The notes beneath the pieces were generated by a model that made no database searches, was not told the DNA's origin, and was given only the letters and a program-made list of their open reading frames with translations. This document shows, in pieces, positions 1 through 9,027 of a DNA stretch of 64,000 bases (positions are counted from its first letter, which is position 1; each line of letters begins with the position of its first letter). The DNA lies in the NCBI GenBank assembly GCA_041674405.1, contig JBAYVT010000005.1, forward strand, positions 7,120 to 71,119, in the 5' to 3' direction. Position numbers and translations under genes: made by a program. The stretch is from Patescibacteria group bacterium. GTDB taxonomy: Bacteria > Patescibacteriota > UBA1384 > XYA2-FULL-43-10.

Positions 1-465
1 GAGATTAAGGACAAAGAAAGGTCAGGTTCAATCGTCGGGGGTGGAAGATATGACGGATTGGTTGAAATTCTGGGCGGATCGGCCACTCCAGCAGTTGGTT
101 ATTCCTTTGGCATGGACCGCGTAGTTGAAATGATGAAAGAGCAGGGAATTAAGCCGCCCAAAAAACGAGGTGTCGAGGTTTGTATTCTCCAGCTCGGGGA
201 GAAAGCAAAAGATGTCTCTAAAAAAATTTATGACATGTTGTCGGGTGGTGATGTAAATGTTTATTTTGTTCCATCAAACGACAGCCTCCGCGCACAAATG
301 CGGCAAGCTTCCAAGCTCGGTGCCACATATGCCGTTATTATAGGGCAAAAAGAGGCGTTCAAAGATGAAATTATTCTTCGTGATCTCAGAAATTCCTCCC
401 AAGAAACCTTGCAGTCAAAGGATATTGCCGAGGAAATCAAAAAACGACTAAATGCAGAAATATAA
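1..465 (+). CDS. hisS: Histidyl-tRNA synthetase, C-terminal anticodon-binding part (5' end outside window)
   Basis: Translation continues from the window edge. The motifs GGRYDGL and VGYSFGMDRV plus a class II anticodon-binding-like C-terminus are typical of HisS. Confidence 0.8.
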   Translation, partial: EIKDKERSGSIVGGGRYDGLVEILGGSATPAVGYSFGMDRVVEMMKEQGIKPPKKRGVEVCILQLGEKAKDVSKKIYDMLSGGDVNVYFVPSNDSLRAQMRQASKLGATYAVIIGQKEAFKDEIILRDLRNSSQETLQSKDIAEEIKKRLNAEI

Positions 466-967
466 AACTCCGGATATAATCAAGCAAAAAGGAGATTTGA
501 ATGCACTTCGAAGCCAAAAGAGGAACGAAGTGTATTTAATCTTGGACAATATTCGATCAATGTATAATGTCGGCGCAATCTTCCGGACCGCCGATGCCGC
601 GAGAGTTGAGAGGCTTTATCTTTGCGGAATTACCGCCACACCTCCGCGCAAAGAGATCGAAAAAACTGCACTTAAGACAATTAATGAAGTGCCATGGGAA
701 CATGTTGATAAGACAATCGATATTGTTCGGAAATTAAAAAACAATGGAGTTCAAATCGTGGCGCTCGAGCAAACGGACCAAAGTATAGATTATCGAAAAT
801 TCAAGTTCGAAAAACCAGTAGCAATAATTCTTGGACACGAAACAATTGGGGTTGATGACGATGTTCTCTCCAAATCTGACGCAGTAGTTGATATTCCAAT
901 GTATGGAATAGCAAATTCCCTCAACGTGTCGGTCGCAACCGGAATAATCCTATATCACTTAATATGA
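452..967 (+). CDS. SpoU/TrmH-family RNA 2'-O-methyltransferase
   Basis: 171 aa SPOUT fold: the N-terminal NVGAIFRTADAA motif and the C-terminal SLNVSVATGIILY knot motif. Overlaps hisS stop by 14 nt and the next gene by ATGA. Confidence 0.75.
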   Translation: MQKYKTPDIIKQKGDLNALRSQKRNEVYLILDNIRSMYNVGAIFRTADAARVERLYLCGITATPPRKEIEKTALKTINEVPWEHVDKTIDIVRKLKNNGVQIVALEQTDQSIDYRKFKFEKPVAIILGHETIGVDDDVLSKSDAVVDIPMYGIANSLNVSVATGIILYHLI

Positions 968-2301
968 AAATCAATATTGAAAAAATTGTTTTTGCCGGAT
1001 GCGGATTGGGTCACTTAAAATACGGCAAAAAACTTCAAGGCCATGAAAATAGCCCTGGAAAAGCTGTCTTCGTTAAGAAAGTGGTCCCTGGTGACATAGT
1101 CGAAATCAAACTGACCGATGAAAAAAAAGACCATGCTTTTGGCATTGTAAAAGAAGTGATAAAGCCGTCACCTATGCGTATCGACCCTCCATGTCCATAT
1201 TTCTACCAATGCGGGGGCTGCGAACACCAGAATCTGTCTTATCCGAATCAGCTAAAAATTAAAGATGAATTATTCAAAGAGTTGATCCAAAGAAGAGGAA
1301 TTCAAATTAATTCCGAACCGATGATTTCCGGATCGAACCATCCGTTTTTTTACCGTAACTCGATAAGATTCTTCTTCATTATTGATGAGAATAATAAAAT
1401 TTCTTTTGCGCGTCATCATTTCAAATACGATCAAGGCTACGTGAAAGTGGATTCCTGTCTCTTGCAATCCGAAACATGCAATACGATTATGTCGAGACTC
1501 AAAGAATATATTAATGAAAAAGTTGAACATAAATCAGCCTTTTGGCAGCTCAAAGTTCGTGAGGGTAAAATGATCGGAGATTTCATGGTCGAGATCATAA
1601 CTTCTTCGGATGAGCTTCCGGACAAAAGTGGAATTGTGAATACGCTTAAAAGCATCAAGGGGGTCAAGTCGGTTTACCATACCATTGCGCCAGGAAAATC
1701 GCTTAAAAAGTTACAACGACGGCTTTTATTCGGTAGTCCGGTAATTTACGAAAAAATTGGCACATACAACTTTCAAATTTCCCCGGAATCTTTTTTTCAA
1801 ACCAATTCTCTTGGAGTGAAAACACTTTATGATGTAATTAAAAATTATGCCAATATCGAGGTAGGGGATAATGTTTTTGATCTCTACTGCGGAACAGGAA
1901 CAATAGGAATTTATCTCTCAACTTTGGCAAAAAATGTAACCGGGGTTGAAATTGTTCCGGAAGCGGTTCGTGATGCTATCGATAACGCCAAAATTAACAA
2001 GCGCCACAATGTAGAATTTGTGCATAATGATGCCCTAAAATTTTTAGGTTCCTCTTCTTGTGAATTGGAAAACTCAATTATTATTCTCGACCCGCCGCGT
2101 GCCGGATTAGATAAGCGTTTGATTAAAATACTTTCCAAGGTGAATTTTAAGCGAATTGTTTATACCTCCTGCAATCCGGCGACGTTTGCTCGCGACATCA
2201 AGTACTTCAAAGAAGTCGGTCTTAAACTTACCCGGTTGCAGCCGATCGATATGTTTCCACAAACCCACCACATTGAATGCGTAGGTGTCATCGTTCGATG
2301 A
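964..2301 (+). CDS. rlmD: 23S rRNA (uracil-C5)-methyltransferase, RlmD/RumA family (TRAM, 4Fe-4S, SAM MTase)
   Basis: N-terminal TRAM-like region, a Cys cluster (CPYFYQCGGCEHQ), the SAM-binding DLYCGTGTIG motif and the catalytic ILDPPRAGL motif. Confidence 0.8.
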   Translation: MKINIEKIVFAGCGLGHLKYGKKLQGHENSPGKAVFVKKVVPGDIVEIKLTDEKKDHAFGIVKEVIKPSPMRIDPPCPYFYQCGGCEHQNLSYPNQLKIKDELFKELIQRRGIQINSEPMISGSNHPFFYRNSIRFFFIIDENNKISFARHHFKYDQGYVKVDSCLLQSETCNTIMSRLKEYINEKVEHKSAFWQLKVREGKMIGDFMVEIITSSDELPDKSGIVNTLKSIKGVKSVYHTIAPGKSLKKLQRRLLFGSPVIYEKIGTYNFQISPESFFQTNSLGVKTLYDVIKNYANIEVGDNVFDLYCGTGTIGIYLSTLAKNVTGVEIVPEAVRDAIDNAKINKRHNVEFVHNDALKFLGSSSCELENSIIILDPPRAGLDKRLIKILSKVNFKRIVYTSCNPATFARDIKYFKEVGLKLTRLQPIDMFPQTHHIECVGVIVR

Positions 2302-2446
2302 CTTAATGTCAAAAACCTAATTATAAATTTCAAATAAAAATTCTAAAAATCAAATTCAATAATTATGCTGGATGTAAATTTTATTTATCATTTGACATTT
2401 GAAATTTAATATTTGCCGAACTTATCCACAGGGCTCTATTGACAAT

Positions 2447-2497
2447 GTTCGGTGTTTGTTTGGTATCATTATATTATGAACCGAACAAAAACCGAAT
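2447..2497 (+). promoter_or_regulatory. Putative SOS/LexA operator: inverted pair of GTTCGG-N5-GTTTGG direct-repeat sites flanking an AT-rich -10-like stretch upstream of lexA
   Basis: 2447-2463 reads GTTCGGTGTTTGTTTGG. 2481-2497 is the reverse complement of ATTCGGTTTTTGTTCGG. Related sites occur upstream of rarA and rmuC. Confidence 0.45.
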
Positions 2498-2529
2498 ATA
2501 AATATTTTAATTTAAAAGGACCATTCAAT

Positions 2530-2566
2530 GACGGCTGGATTTAATCTCCTCTGAAATCCAGCCGTC
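2530..2566 (+). promoter_or_regulatory. Perfect 13-bp inverted repeat (GACGGCTGGATTT-N11-AAATCCAGCCGTC) immediately 5' of the lexA ribosome-binding site
   Basis: Read directly in the sequence. There is no downstream T-run, so it is not a classic terminator. It could be an operator or a 5'UTR structure. Confidence 0.4.
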
Positions 2567-2581
2567 AGATGGGGGATAATT

Positions 2582-3187
2582 ATGGAACCATTAACAAGAA
2601 GGCAAAAGGAAATATTAGATTTTATCCGTAATTTCATCGATGAAAACGGATATGCGCCTAGCTATCGTGAAATTGCCTATTACTTTGAGCTATCTTCCAC
2701 CGGCACCGTCGCCGAATACATCGCTATCCTCGAAGAAAAGGGCTACCTCTCAAAAGAAGCGATGGATGCTAGATCTATCCAATTGACCCCAGCATTTGCT
2801 TCAGGTATCGAATCATTTGAAATTCCGCTTTCAGGCATGATCGACGCCGGAAAGCCGATCGAGGCCATCCGCACCAATGAAACTATCGACATTCCTCGCG
2901 ACATGATGGGCAAGAAAACTTTCGCTCTCCGCGTAAGAGGGGAATCGATGATTGAAGATGGCATCCTTGACGGCGATTATGTAATCATCGAACAAACCAA
3001 TTCTCCCAAAAATGGAGATATTGTTGTTGCCCTTGTTGACAATGCTAATGCCACTCTGAAGCGCTTCTATGACGAAAAAAACCAGATCCGGCTTCAGCCG
3101 GCAAATAGTTCTATGAGACCGATGCGCTTTGCCAAAAAACGCGTCACGATACAGGGAAAGGTTAGGGGAGTAATCAGAAAATTTTAA
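2582..3187 (+). CDS. lexA: LexA repressor (winged-HTH plus S24 peptidase)
   Basis: N-terminal LTRRQKEILDFI wHTH. Catalytic Ser in GESMIEDGI and Lys in TLKRF. The length of 201 aa is typical. Confidence 0.85.
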   Translation: MEPLTRRQKEILDFIRNFIDENGYAPSYREIAYYFELSSTGTVAEYIAILEEKGYLSKEAMDARSIQLTPAFASGIESFEIPLSGMIDAGKPIEAIRTNETIDIPRDMMGKKTFALRVRGESMIEDGILDGDYVIIEQTNSPKNGDIVVALVDNANATLKRFYDEKNQIRLQPANSSMRPMRFAKKRVTIQGKVRGVIRKF

Positions 3188-3253
3188 GACCTGTGCAATA
3201 ATACATTTTTGTGCTAATATCCGCTTGTTGTTACACAACTGGAGGTGTTGGCA

Positions 3254-3439
3254 ATGTCAGCGTTTTCTCTCAGGAAAACCGCCGTGAAGAAACCCGGGGC
3301 TTGTCCGATCTGTCACGATACCGGAATGCATCGGTCTGGCGGTCGAACTCGCAACTGCAGCTGCCCGAAGGGCCGCGAACTCGCCAAGAAGGAGAAGGCC
3401 AACCGCGCGGAAGCGAAGAGAGCAGCCAAGAAGAAGTAG
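3254..3439 (+). CDS. Small basic zinc-ribbon-like protein (CPICH...CSCP) in GC-rich cassette A
   Basis: GGAGGTG SD at 3241-3247, 6 nt before the ATG. Local GC is far above the flanks. A C-terminal Lys/Arg/Ala tail. A terminator hairpin follows directly. Confidence 0.5.
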   Translation: MSAFSLRKTAVKKPGACPICHDTGMHRSGGRTRNCSCPKGRELAKKEKANRAEAKRAAKKK

Positions 3440-3466
3440 TAGTCAGGGCCAACGCCTCGACCCGGT

Positions 3467-3500
3467 AACCCGCCACTTAAGGCGGGTTTGCTGGTTTATT
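3467..3500 (+). terminator. Rho-independent terminator (CCCGCC-ACTTAA-GGCGGG then T-rich)
   Basis: Stem-loop at 3469-3486 followed by TTTGCTGGTTTATTTG. Confidence 0.6.
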
Positions 3501-3528
3501 TGACAGTATTTTTGTGTCAATATATACT
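3500..3528 (+). promoter_or_regulatory. Sigma70-like promoter (TTGACA, 17 bp, TATACT) giving a leaderless transcript of the AbrB-like gene
   Basis: -35 at 3500-3505 and -10 at 3523-3528. The ATG at 3537 lies 9 nt after the -10 box. Confidence 0.5.
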
Positions 3529-3536
3529 ATTTGTAA

Positions 3537-3752
3537 ATGCAAACAGAAAAAAGAAAATTGATAAAATTTTCGAATTACAGCCTTTGCGTTACTTTGCCCA
3601 AATGGGTCATCCGTGAACTCAAATGGAATAAGGGTGATCTTGTGAACATGGAGGTTGATTCTGATGGCGGAACAATTCACATATCAAAGGGCAAAAAACG
3701 GGCTATCAAAACAAACACTGAGGCCAAAAATAAGGCTGGTTTACGCTGGTAA
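3537..3752 (+). CDS. AbrB/SpoVT/MazE-type swapped-hairpin DNA-binding protein (solo)
   Basis: KLIKFSNYSLCVTLPKWVIRELKWNKGDLVNMEVDSDGGTIHI matches the AbrB-N/SpoVT fold pattern. No adjacent toxin ORF. Confidence 0.55.
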   Translation: MQTEKRKLIKFSNYSLCVTLPKWVIRELKWNKGDLVNMEVDSDGGTIHISKGKKRAIKTNTEAKNKAGLRW

Positions 3753-3921
3753 AAACTTGAAATTAATGTAAGGCGCGGCGTTTGTCGCTTTTTTAGTATC
3801 AATTTGTGATTTAATTATTTTAAAATAGAACTTCATGCGCATGTTACAGCTGCGAGGCCCCCACCTCGGGCGAAGAAGCCATTCAGGTTATGAATATCTG
3901 ATAAAGCATGAAACTAGGGTA

Positions 3922-4482
3922 ATGAAAAAGTTGAATCGAAAATTTTTTGAACGGGATGCTGAAATTGTAGCTCAAAACCTTTTGGGTAAATATTTTATGT
4001 ATAAAACAAAAACAGGAATTATCGAAGGAAAAATCGTGGAAACCGAAGCTTATGGTGGGCCAGATGACCTCGCATCCCATGCTAGATTTGTGAGTAGCAG
4101 CCGCAATCAATTGATGTATGAACAAGGCGGGACATTGTATGTTTATCTGGTTTACGGAATATATTATCTTACAAATATCATCGCCGGGAAAAAAGGAAAA
4201 CCCAGCGGAGTTCTAATTCGTTCGGCGGAAATTGATTCTGCTTCGTCCAATAAAGCAGCGACTGGGCCAGGCAAATTTTCACAATACTTCAAAATTAATC
4301 TTTCACACAAGGGATTGGACATTGTAAATTCAGATAAGATTTTTATTGAAGATAGGGGAAACGATATTTCCGATTCTGATATAATTAAGACGAAACGGGT
4401 CGGAGTTGATTATGCGGGCCATTCCAAAGACTGGGACTTAAGATTTTATATTAAAGACAATAAATTTATTAGCAAAAGATAA
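3922..4482 (+). CDS. DNA-3-methyladenine glycosylase (Mpg/AAG family)
   Basis: Motifs FFERDAEIVAQNLLGK, ETEAYGGPDDLASHA and TLYVYLVYG. The ORF is open from 3835; the ATG at 3922 (MKKLNRKFF) is the more likely start. Confidence 0.75.
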   Translation: MKKLNRKFFERDAEIVAQNLLGKYFMYKTKTGIIEGKIVETEAYGGPDDLASHARFVSSSRNQLMYEQGGTLYVYLVYGIYYLTNIIAGKKGKPSGVLIRSAEIDSASSNKAATGPGKFSQYFKINLSHKGLDIVNSDKIFIEDRGNDISDSDIIKTKRVGVDYAGHSKDWDLRFYIKDNKFISKR

Positions 4483-4488
4483 TTTTGT

Positions 4489-5403
4489 ATGGCAAAAGTT
4501 GCATTTATAAAATCAAACGATCGCAGGTATAATATCTCCAGATCTTTGTCACTTATAAAAAGCGAGATAATTTCTGGTCTTAAAAACGCTAAAAAAGTTG
4601 TAGTCAAACCGAATTGTATCGTGGATGATTTTCAGCTTGCAGCTACTCATGTTGACGCACTAGATGCGCTCCTGGACTTCATTGCTCCTTATTGCAAAAA
4701 TCAGATTACCGTAGCCGAAGGGACGGGAATCGGCGATACGATGAATGCCTTTCGCAACTATGAATATTTTTCTGTACAGGAAAAATATGGTTTTGCAGCC
4801 ATTGATTTAAATATTGACGAAACAGAGGAGGTAGAAGTTTTTGATCGCAACGGTCGCAAATTTCAAGTTTTGATGTCGAAAACAATTTTGGATTCAGATT
4901 ACTTGATATCGCTTTGTGTACCAAAGACACACGACTCGGTGGTATATACTGGTGCAATTAAAAACGTGGCTGTTGGATCGCTTCATCGGCCTGTTGATAC
5001 TTTTTCCGGTGGTATAGTTTCCATGTTTAGAACAAAACGAAACAACAAAGCATCAATCCATCAAGGATATAAATACATGAATGAAAACTTAAAAATCCTC
5101 GCATTAAAAAAAGTGCCCAATCTTGCAGTAATCGACGGCTTCGCAGCAATGCAAGGAGACGGGCCGGCACATGGCGGTGAAATGGTGCCATCTCACTGGG
5201 CTATTGCATCATCCGATGTATTATCAGCGGACATTTTGAGTATCACAATGATGGGAATCGATTTGAAGGATGTCGGATATCTAAGCTTGCTTAACGAAGA
5301 AAATCGGCCCAGTGAGCCCTTTGTTATTGGTGATGATTGGAGGTCGAATATCCTTAAGTTTAAACTCCATTCGAAATTTAATGAAATGAAAAAATGGCAA
5401 TGA
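4489..5403 (+). CDS. DUF362 domain protein
   Basis: VVVKPNCIV and the overall DUF362-like pattern. Function unknown. Confidence 0.5.
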   Translation: MAKVAFIKSNDRRYNISRSLSLIKSEIISGLKNAKKVVVKPNCIVDDFQLAATHVDALDALLDFIAPYCKNQITVAEGTGIGDTMNAFRNYEYFSVQEKYGFAAIDLNIDETEEVEVFDRNGRKFQVLMSKTILDSDYLISLCVPKTHDSVVYTGAIKNVAVGSLHRPVDTFSGGIVSMFRTKRNNKASIHQGYKYMNENLKILALKKVPNLAVIDGFAAMQGDGPAHGGEMVPSHWAIASSDVLSADILSITMMGIDLKDVGYLSLLNEENRPSEPFVIGDDWRSNILKFKLHSKFNEMKKWQ

Positions 5404-5430
5404 TTTGTTCAGATTCGAGATTATGCTAAA

Positions 5431-6294
5431 ATGTATATGTCATTAGGAGGGGTCCGCCAAGCGCGGGTTAGAAAAATGGGGATTGCCGACGATATTCGTC
5501 CTAAAAAGAATAAAAAAAAGATAGCAGAGGAATCAGAAGAGGTAAAAGAACCTGAAATCGGAGATGGTGAACTCGTATCAATTTCGCATGGCAAAGGCCA
5601 TGATTTTGTTGCGTCAGATATCGAAGAGCAACTGGAGCGCGAAAAAAATGAACGCAACGAATATGATGAAGATAGTGAATATGACGAAGACAATGAGCAC
5701 GAAAATATGTCGGATTATTTTTATCGCAACAGCCGAATAAAAGAGCCAAAAACAAAAAGAAAAGGTAGTTTTGGTAAATGGCTGATTTTAATATTAGTAT
5801 TGGCCTTAGTCGGAATTATCATTTGGCAAAATTTGGACTCGATAAAATCATATTTCGGCATTGCCAACAGCAAAGAGAATACAAATACCGATAACTCAAA
5901 CCTTTATTCTGATTTTTCCGTAAATAGTAGCAGCCAACCAACTTCTCAACCTACCGTACAAGAAAATACTACACCAAATGCCTCTTCCGACTCGACTGCC
6001 GCCGCAGAAACACCAGATAAATCAATATATACTATTTCAGTTTTGAATGGTAATGGCATCAAGGGCTCTGCGGCAGGCGTCACCAGTGCTCTAGCTAATG
6101 CGGGTTATACCGTTACCAATACCGGAAACGCACTCAAATTTTCGTATATTAATTCAATAGTTTATTACAAAACCGGAAAAGCAGATGTAGCTAACGCTAT
6201 AAAGACAGTTCTTTCAGACCGGACAATCGAGTTATCTGAAGATAATACAATAACGGGTAATTATGATATCGTGATAGTCGTTGGAAAAACATAA
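5431..6294 (+). CDS. LytR_C (LytR cell-envelope-associated C-terminal) domain protein with acidic N-terminal region and one TM helix
   Basis: A TM helix (WLILILVLALVGIIIW). The C-terminal block YTISVLNGNGIKGSAAGVTSALANAGY...IVIVVGK is a LytR_C pattern. Start codon uncertain. Confidence 0.55.
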   Translation: MYMSLGGVRQARVRKMGIADDIRPKKNKKKIAEESEEVKEPEIGDGELVSISHGKGHDFVASDIEEQLEREKNERNEYDEDSEYDEDNEHENMSDYFYRNSRIKEPKTKRKGSFGKWLILILVLALVGIIIWQNLDSIKSYFGIANSKENTNTDNSNLYSDFSVNSSSQPTSQPTVQENTTPNASSDSTAAAETPDKSIYTISVLNGNGIKGSAAGVTSALANAGYTVTNTGNALKFSYINSIVYYKTGKADVANAIKTVLSDRTIELSEDNTITGNYDIVIVVGKT

Positions 6295-6295
6295 A

Positions 6296-6418
6296 ATGGC
6301 ACGTAATAATAAAAACTTGCCTGGTATAATTATTGGAATTATAATTCTTGTGATATCCACATTGATAGCAATTATTTCTTACGTATCGACTAATGTTCAA
6401 GGAAAACCATTAATTTAA
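6296..6418 (+). CDS. Possible 40-aa single-TM micro-protein (MARNNKNLPGIIIGIIILVISTLIAIISYVSTNVQGKPLI)
   Basis: ATG 1 nt after the upstream stop. Strongly hydrophobic core. Below the ORF-track length cutoff. Confidence 0.3.
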   Translation: MARNNKNLPGIIIGIIILVISTLIAIISYVSTNVQGKPLI

Positions 6419-6431
6419 GAAAGGGATAAAA

Positions 6432-6698
6432 ATGGAACCTGTTAACTCACTTGATCAGCTTTTCGGATATTACGACAAATTTCTCGCAAATGTTCCTGTA
6501 CAATATCAGGCATTAATTTCGATTGCCCTAATAGCTTTTCTTATTTGGAATATTTACGCAATTATTAAAAACGGGCACTGGCTTCTCATTGCTTTGCTTG
6601 TTGTTGCCCTTCCCGGAACTTGGCCCGCCCTTCGGATGATTGGCAACTTTCTTTGGGCAATTATCAAGGGACTACTTATGCGAGCCTCCCTAATCTGA
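6432..6698 (+). CDS. Small membrane protein (2 predicted TM helices)
   Basis: Hydrophobic segments LISIALIAFLIWNIYAI and LLIALLVVALPGTW. GGA RBS upstream. Confidence 0.45.
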   Translation: MEPVNSLDQLFGYYDKFLANVPVQYQALISIALIAFLIWNIYAIIKNGHWLLIALLVVALPGTWPALRMIGNFLWAIIKGLLMRASLI

Positions 6699-6743
6699 TA
6701 TATTGATCGTAAGATAAATAATTAATATTAAATTATTATTTTA

Positions 6744-7181
6744 ATGTTGGAAAATATGAATACTTTAGAACTAATTCCTTCAAAAAAATACCTCATTCGG
6801 CTCCACAAAGGCGAAGAAATCCTTGAATCCTTAAAGTCTTTTTGTAAAGAAAACAATATCGAAAGCGGATTCGCCATGATGATTGGAGCAATCTCATCTG
6901 TAAATCTTGCTCTTTATGAACTTAACAAGAAAGAATACTTTAGAAAATCTTTTGACGGGGCCTTTGAAATTGCCTCTATGAGTGGAAATATTACTAAAAT
7001 GAATGGTGAACTCATCACACACATTCATGGGATATATTCTGATAAAAATTTTGAAACAATCGCCGGGCATGTGGATAGAGCAGTTGTTTCTGCAACTTGC
7101 GAAATATTGCTTACAACATTCGAAAATAAAATATCGCGCCAAAAATCTGAAGAAATAGGCTTAAATTTATTGGATTTATAA
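6744..7181 (+). CDS. PPC/DUF296 (PCC) domain protein
   Basis: GEEILESLKSFCKENNI, AISSVNLALYE, ELITHIHGIYSD and GHVDRAVVSATCEILL match the DUF296/PPC pattern. Confidence 0.6.
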   Translation: MLENMNTLELIPSKKYLIRLHKGEEILESLKSFCKENNIESGFAMMIGAISSVNLALYELNKKEYFRKSFDGAFEIASMSGNITKMNGELITHIHGIYSDKNFETIAGHVDRAVVSATCEILLTTFENKISRQKSEEIGLNLLDL

Positions 7182-7202
7182 GTTTTTTCAAAAGGAATAA
7201 AA

Positions 7203-8096
7203 ATGTATGACATTATTATAATAGGTGGCAGTGCAGCTGGGCTCACCGCAGCAATTTACGCAACAAGAAGAGCGTTAAAAACATTGGTTTTGACAGCTGA
7301 AATAGGTGGTCTCATGGCTAAGAATTCGGAGATAGAAAATTGGCCCGGAGAGTTAAAAATCAACGGGGTAGAATTAGCAAACAGGATGAAAACGCAAGTA
7401 GAAAATTTTGGTGCAGATCTAAAACTGGAGCTTGTACAAAAAATATCCAGCGATAAAAGCGGTTTTTCAGTTGTGACAAGCAAAGGAATATATCAAGGAA
7501 AAACAATTTTACTGGCTTTTGGAAAGAGCCCTCGTGTCTTAAAGGTCCCTGGCGAGGAAAAATATCTTGGGCGAGGAGTATCATATTGCGCCACTTGTGA
7601 CGCACCTTTATACCGAGAAAAAAACGTTGCGGTTATTGGTGGTGGAAATTCAGCGCTCGATGCCGCAGTTCTTCTGTCCAAAATCGCGGCGAAAGTCTAT
7701 ATCATTCATCGCAAATCAGAGTTTCGTGGTGATGAGTATCTAATTAAAAAAGTGACAAATAGTGATAAAATCGAAGCCATTATGGACTCCGAGCTAAAAG
7801 AAATTAGAGGCAATGAAATTGTTGGGGGTGTTGTGTTGAAAGACGGCAAAGAGATCAAAGTCGACGGAGTATTTATTGAAATCGGTTATATTGTAAACGA
7901 CTCTTTGATTGAGGGAATTGTAGACATAGATCAACTCGGCCAAGTCATCGTAAATCACAACCAAGAAACATCCGTTCCGGGTATTTACGCTGCTGGCGAT
8001 TTAACAAATATGCCCTTTCAACAATTGGTAATTGCTGCCGGCGAGGGAGCAACGGCCGCACTATCGGCTTATGACTACATTCAAAAGAACTTCTAA
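7203..8096 (+). CDS. trxB: Thioredoxin reductase (FAD/NAD(P)-binding, CATC redox-active disulfide)
   Basis: IIIGGSAAGLTAA FAD motif, the SYCATCDAPLY active site and the VIGGGNSALDAA NADPH motif. Confidence 0.85.
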   Translation: MYDIIIIGGSAAGLTAAIYATRRALKTLVLTAEIGGLMAKNSEIENWPGELKINGVELANRMKTQVENFGADLKLELVQKISSDKSGFSVVTSKGIYQGKTILLAFGKSPRVLKVPGEEKYLGRGVSYCATCDAPLYREKNVAVIGGGNSALDAAVLLSKIAAKVYIIHRKSEFRGDEYLIKKVTNSDKIEAIMDSELKEIRGNEIVGGVVLKDGKEIKVDGVFIEIGYIVNDSLIEGIVDIDQLGQVIVNHNQETSVPGIYAAGDLTNMPFQQLVIAAGEGATAALSAYDYIQKNF

Positions 8097-8946
8097 AACC
8101 AATCAGGATGATAAATTTAAAAGAGGATTAATATTCTATCTTTGCGCTTTTATCTTTATCGTTATTGCAGCTATTTTGGTTTTAACAGTTTCCCCATCCC
8201 GCACAAAACACCAAGAGCCATCTATAACGCCGCCAAATACAATTTCTGGGCTAGACTCCGAATCAAAACCAATAGATAATTCAAGCCTGGAAATTCCGGT
8301 TTTAATGTACCACTACATCCGCCAAGTCACTGATCCAAATGATTCGCTCGGAAAAAATCTCTCGGTCACCCCAGAAACATTCGATAAACAACTTGCATGG
8401 CTAAAAGATCATGGCTATGAGGCAATTACTTTCGACAAAGCCCTTGATATTTTTGCAAACAAAGAAGCAATCTCAAATAAACCCGTAATTATTACATTTG
8501 ATGACGGCTACAAAGACGCATATACTGCCGCGATGCCATCCCTTCTCAAGCACAACCTGACTGGAATTTTTTACGTCATTTCCGCCTTTATAATGCGTGA
8601 TCAGCATGTTTCATTCGATGATATTTCGATGATGATCGAGAATAAAATGACGATCGGTTGCCACACGCTTGATCACGTCGACCTAACAGCTGTCAACCCC
8701 GACCGCCTTCAAAGCGAGCTTGTTGATTGCAAAGAATCTCTTGCCAACGTTTACAGCATTCCAGTTTCTGATTTTTCGTATCCTTCGGGAAAATATAATG
8801 ATGAAGTAGAGAATGCGGTAAAAGCCGCCGGATTCAAGACTGCAACCACGACACATTCTGGCGTCTGGAAGCAATCAGATGATCCTTATCAAATTCCTCG
8901 CATTCGCATGTCCGAATCCACCAACCTCTCAAATATTTTGAAATAA
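8071..8946 (+). CDS. Polysaccharide deacetylase (NodB homology domain), N-terminal TM anchor
   Basis: VIITFDDGYKD, a His in IGCHTLDHVDL and a TM helix near the N-terminus. The ORF is open from 8032 and overlaps the trxB end; the ATG at 8071 is preferred. Confidence 0.7.
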   Translation: MTTFKRTSKTNQDDKFKRGLIFYLCAFIFIVIAAILVLTVSPSRTKHQEPSITPPNTISGLDSESKPIDNSSLEIPVLMYHYIRQVTDPNDSLGKNLSVTPETFDKQLAWLKDHGYEAITFDKALDIFANKEAISNKPVIITFDDGYKDAYTAAMPSLLKHNLTGIFYVISAFIMRDQHVSFDDISMMIENKMTIGCHTLDHVDLTAVNPDRLQSELVDCKESLANVYSIPVSDFSYPSGKYNDEVENAVKAAGFKTATTTHSGVWKQSDDPYQIPRIRMSESTNLSNILK

Positions 8947-8986
8947 TGACTTTTTCTAAGGACTACAGACTAATATATAAATATTT

Positions 8987-9020
8987 GTTCGCTTTTTGTT
9001 TGGTCTAATTATGCTATAAT
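8987..9020 (+). promoter_or_regulatory. SOS-box-like GTTCGC-N5-GTTTGG site overlapping a promoter (TATAAT 9015-9020) for a leaderless rarA transcript
   Basis: 8987-9003 reads GTTCGCTTTTTGTTTGG. TATAAT ends 7 nt before the ATG at 9028. Confidence 0.4.
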
Positions 9021-9027
9021 GTTTGCT

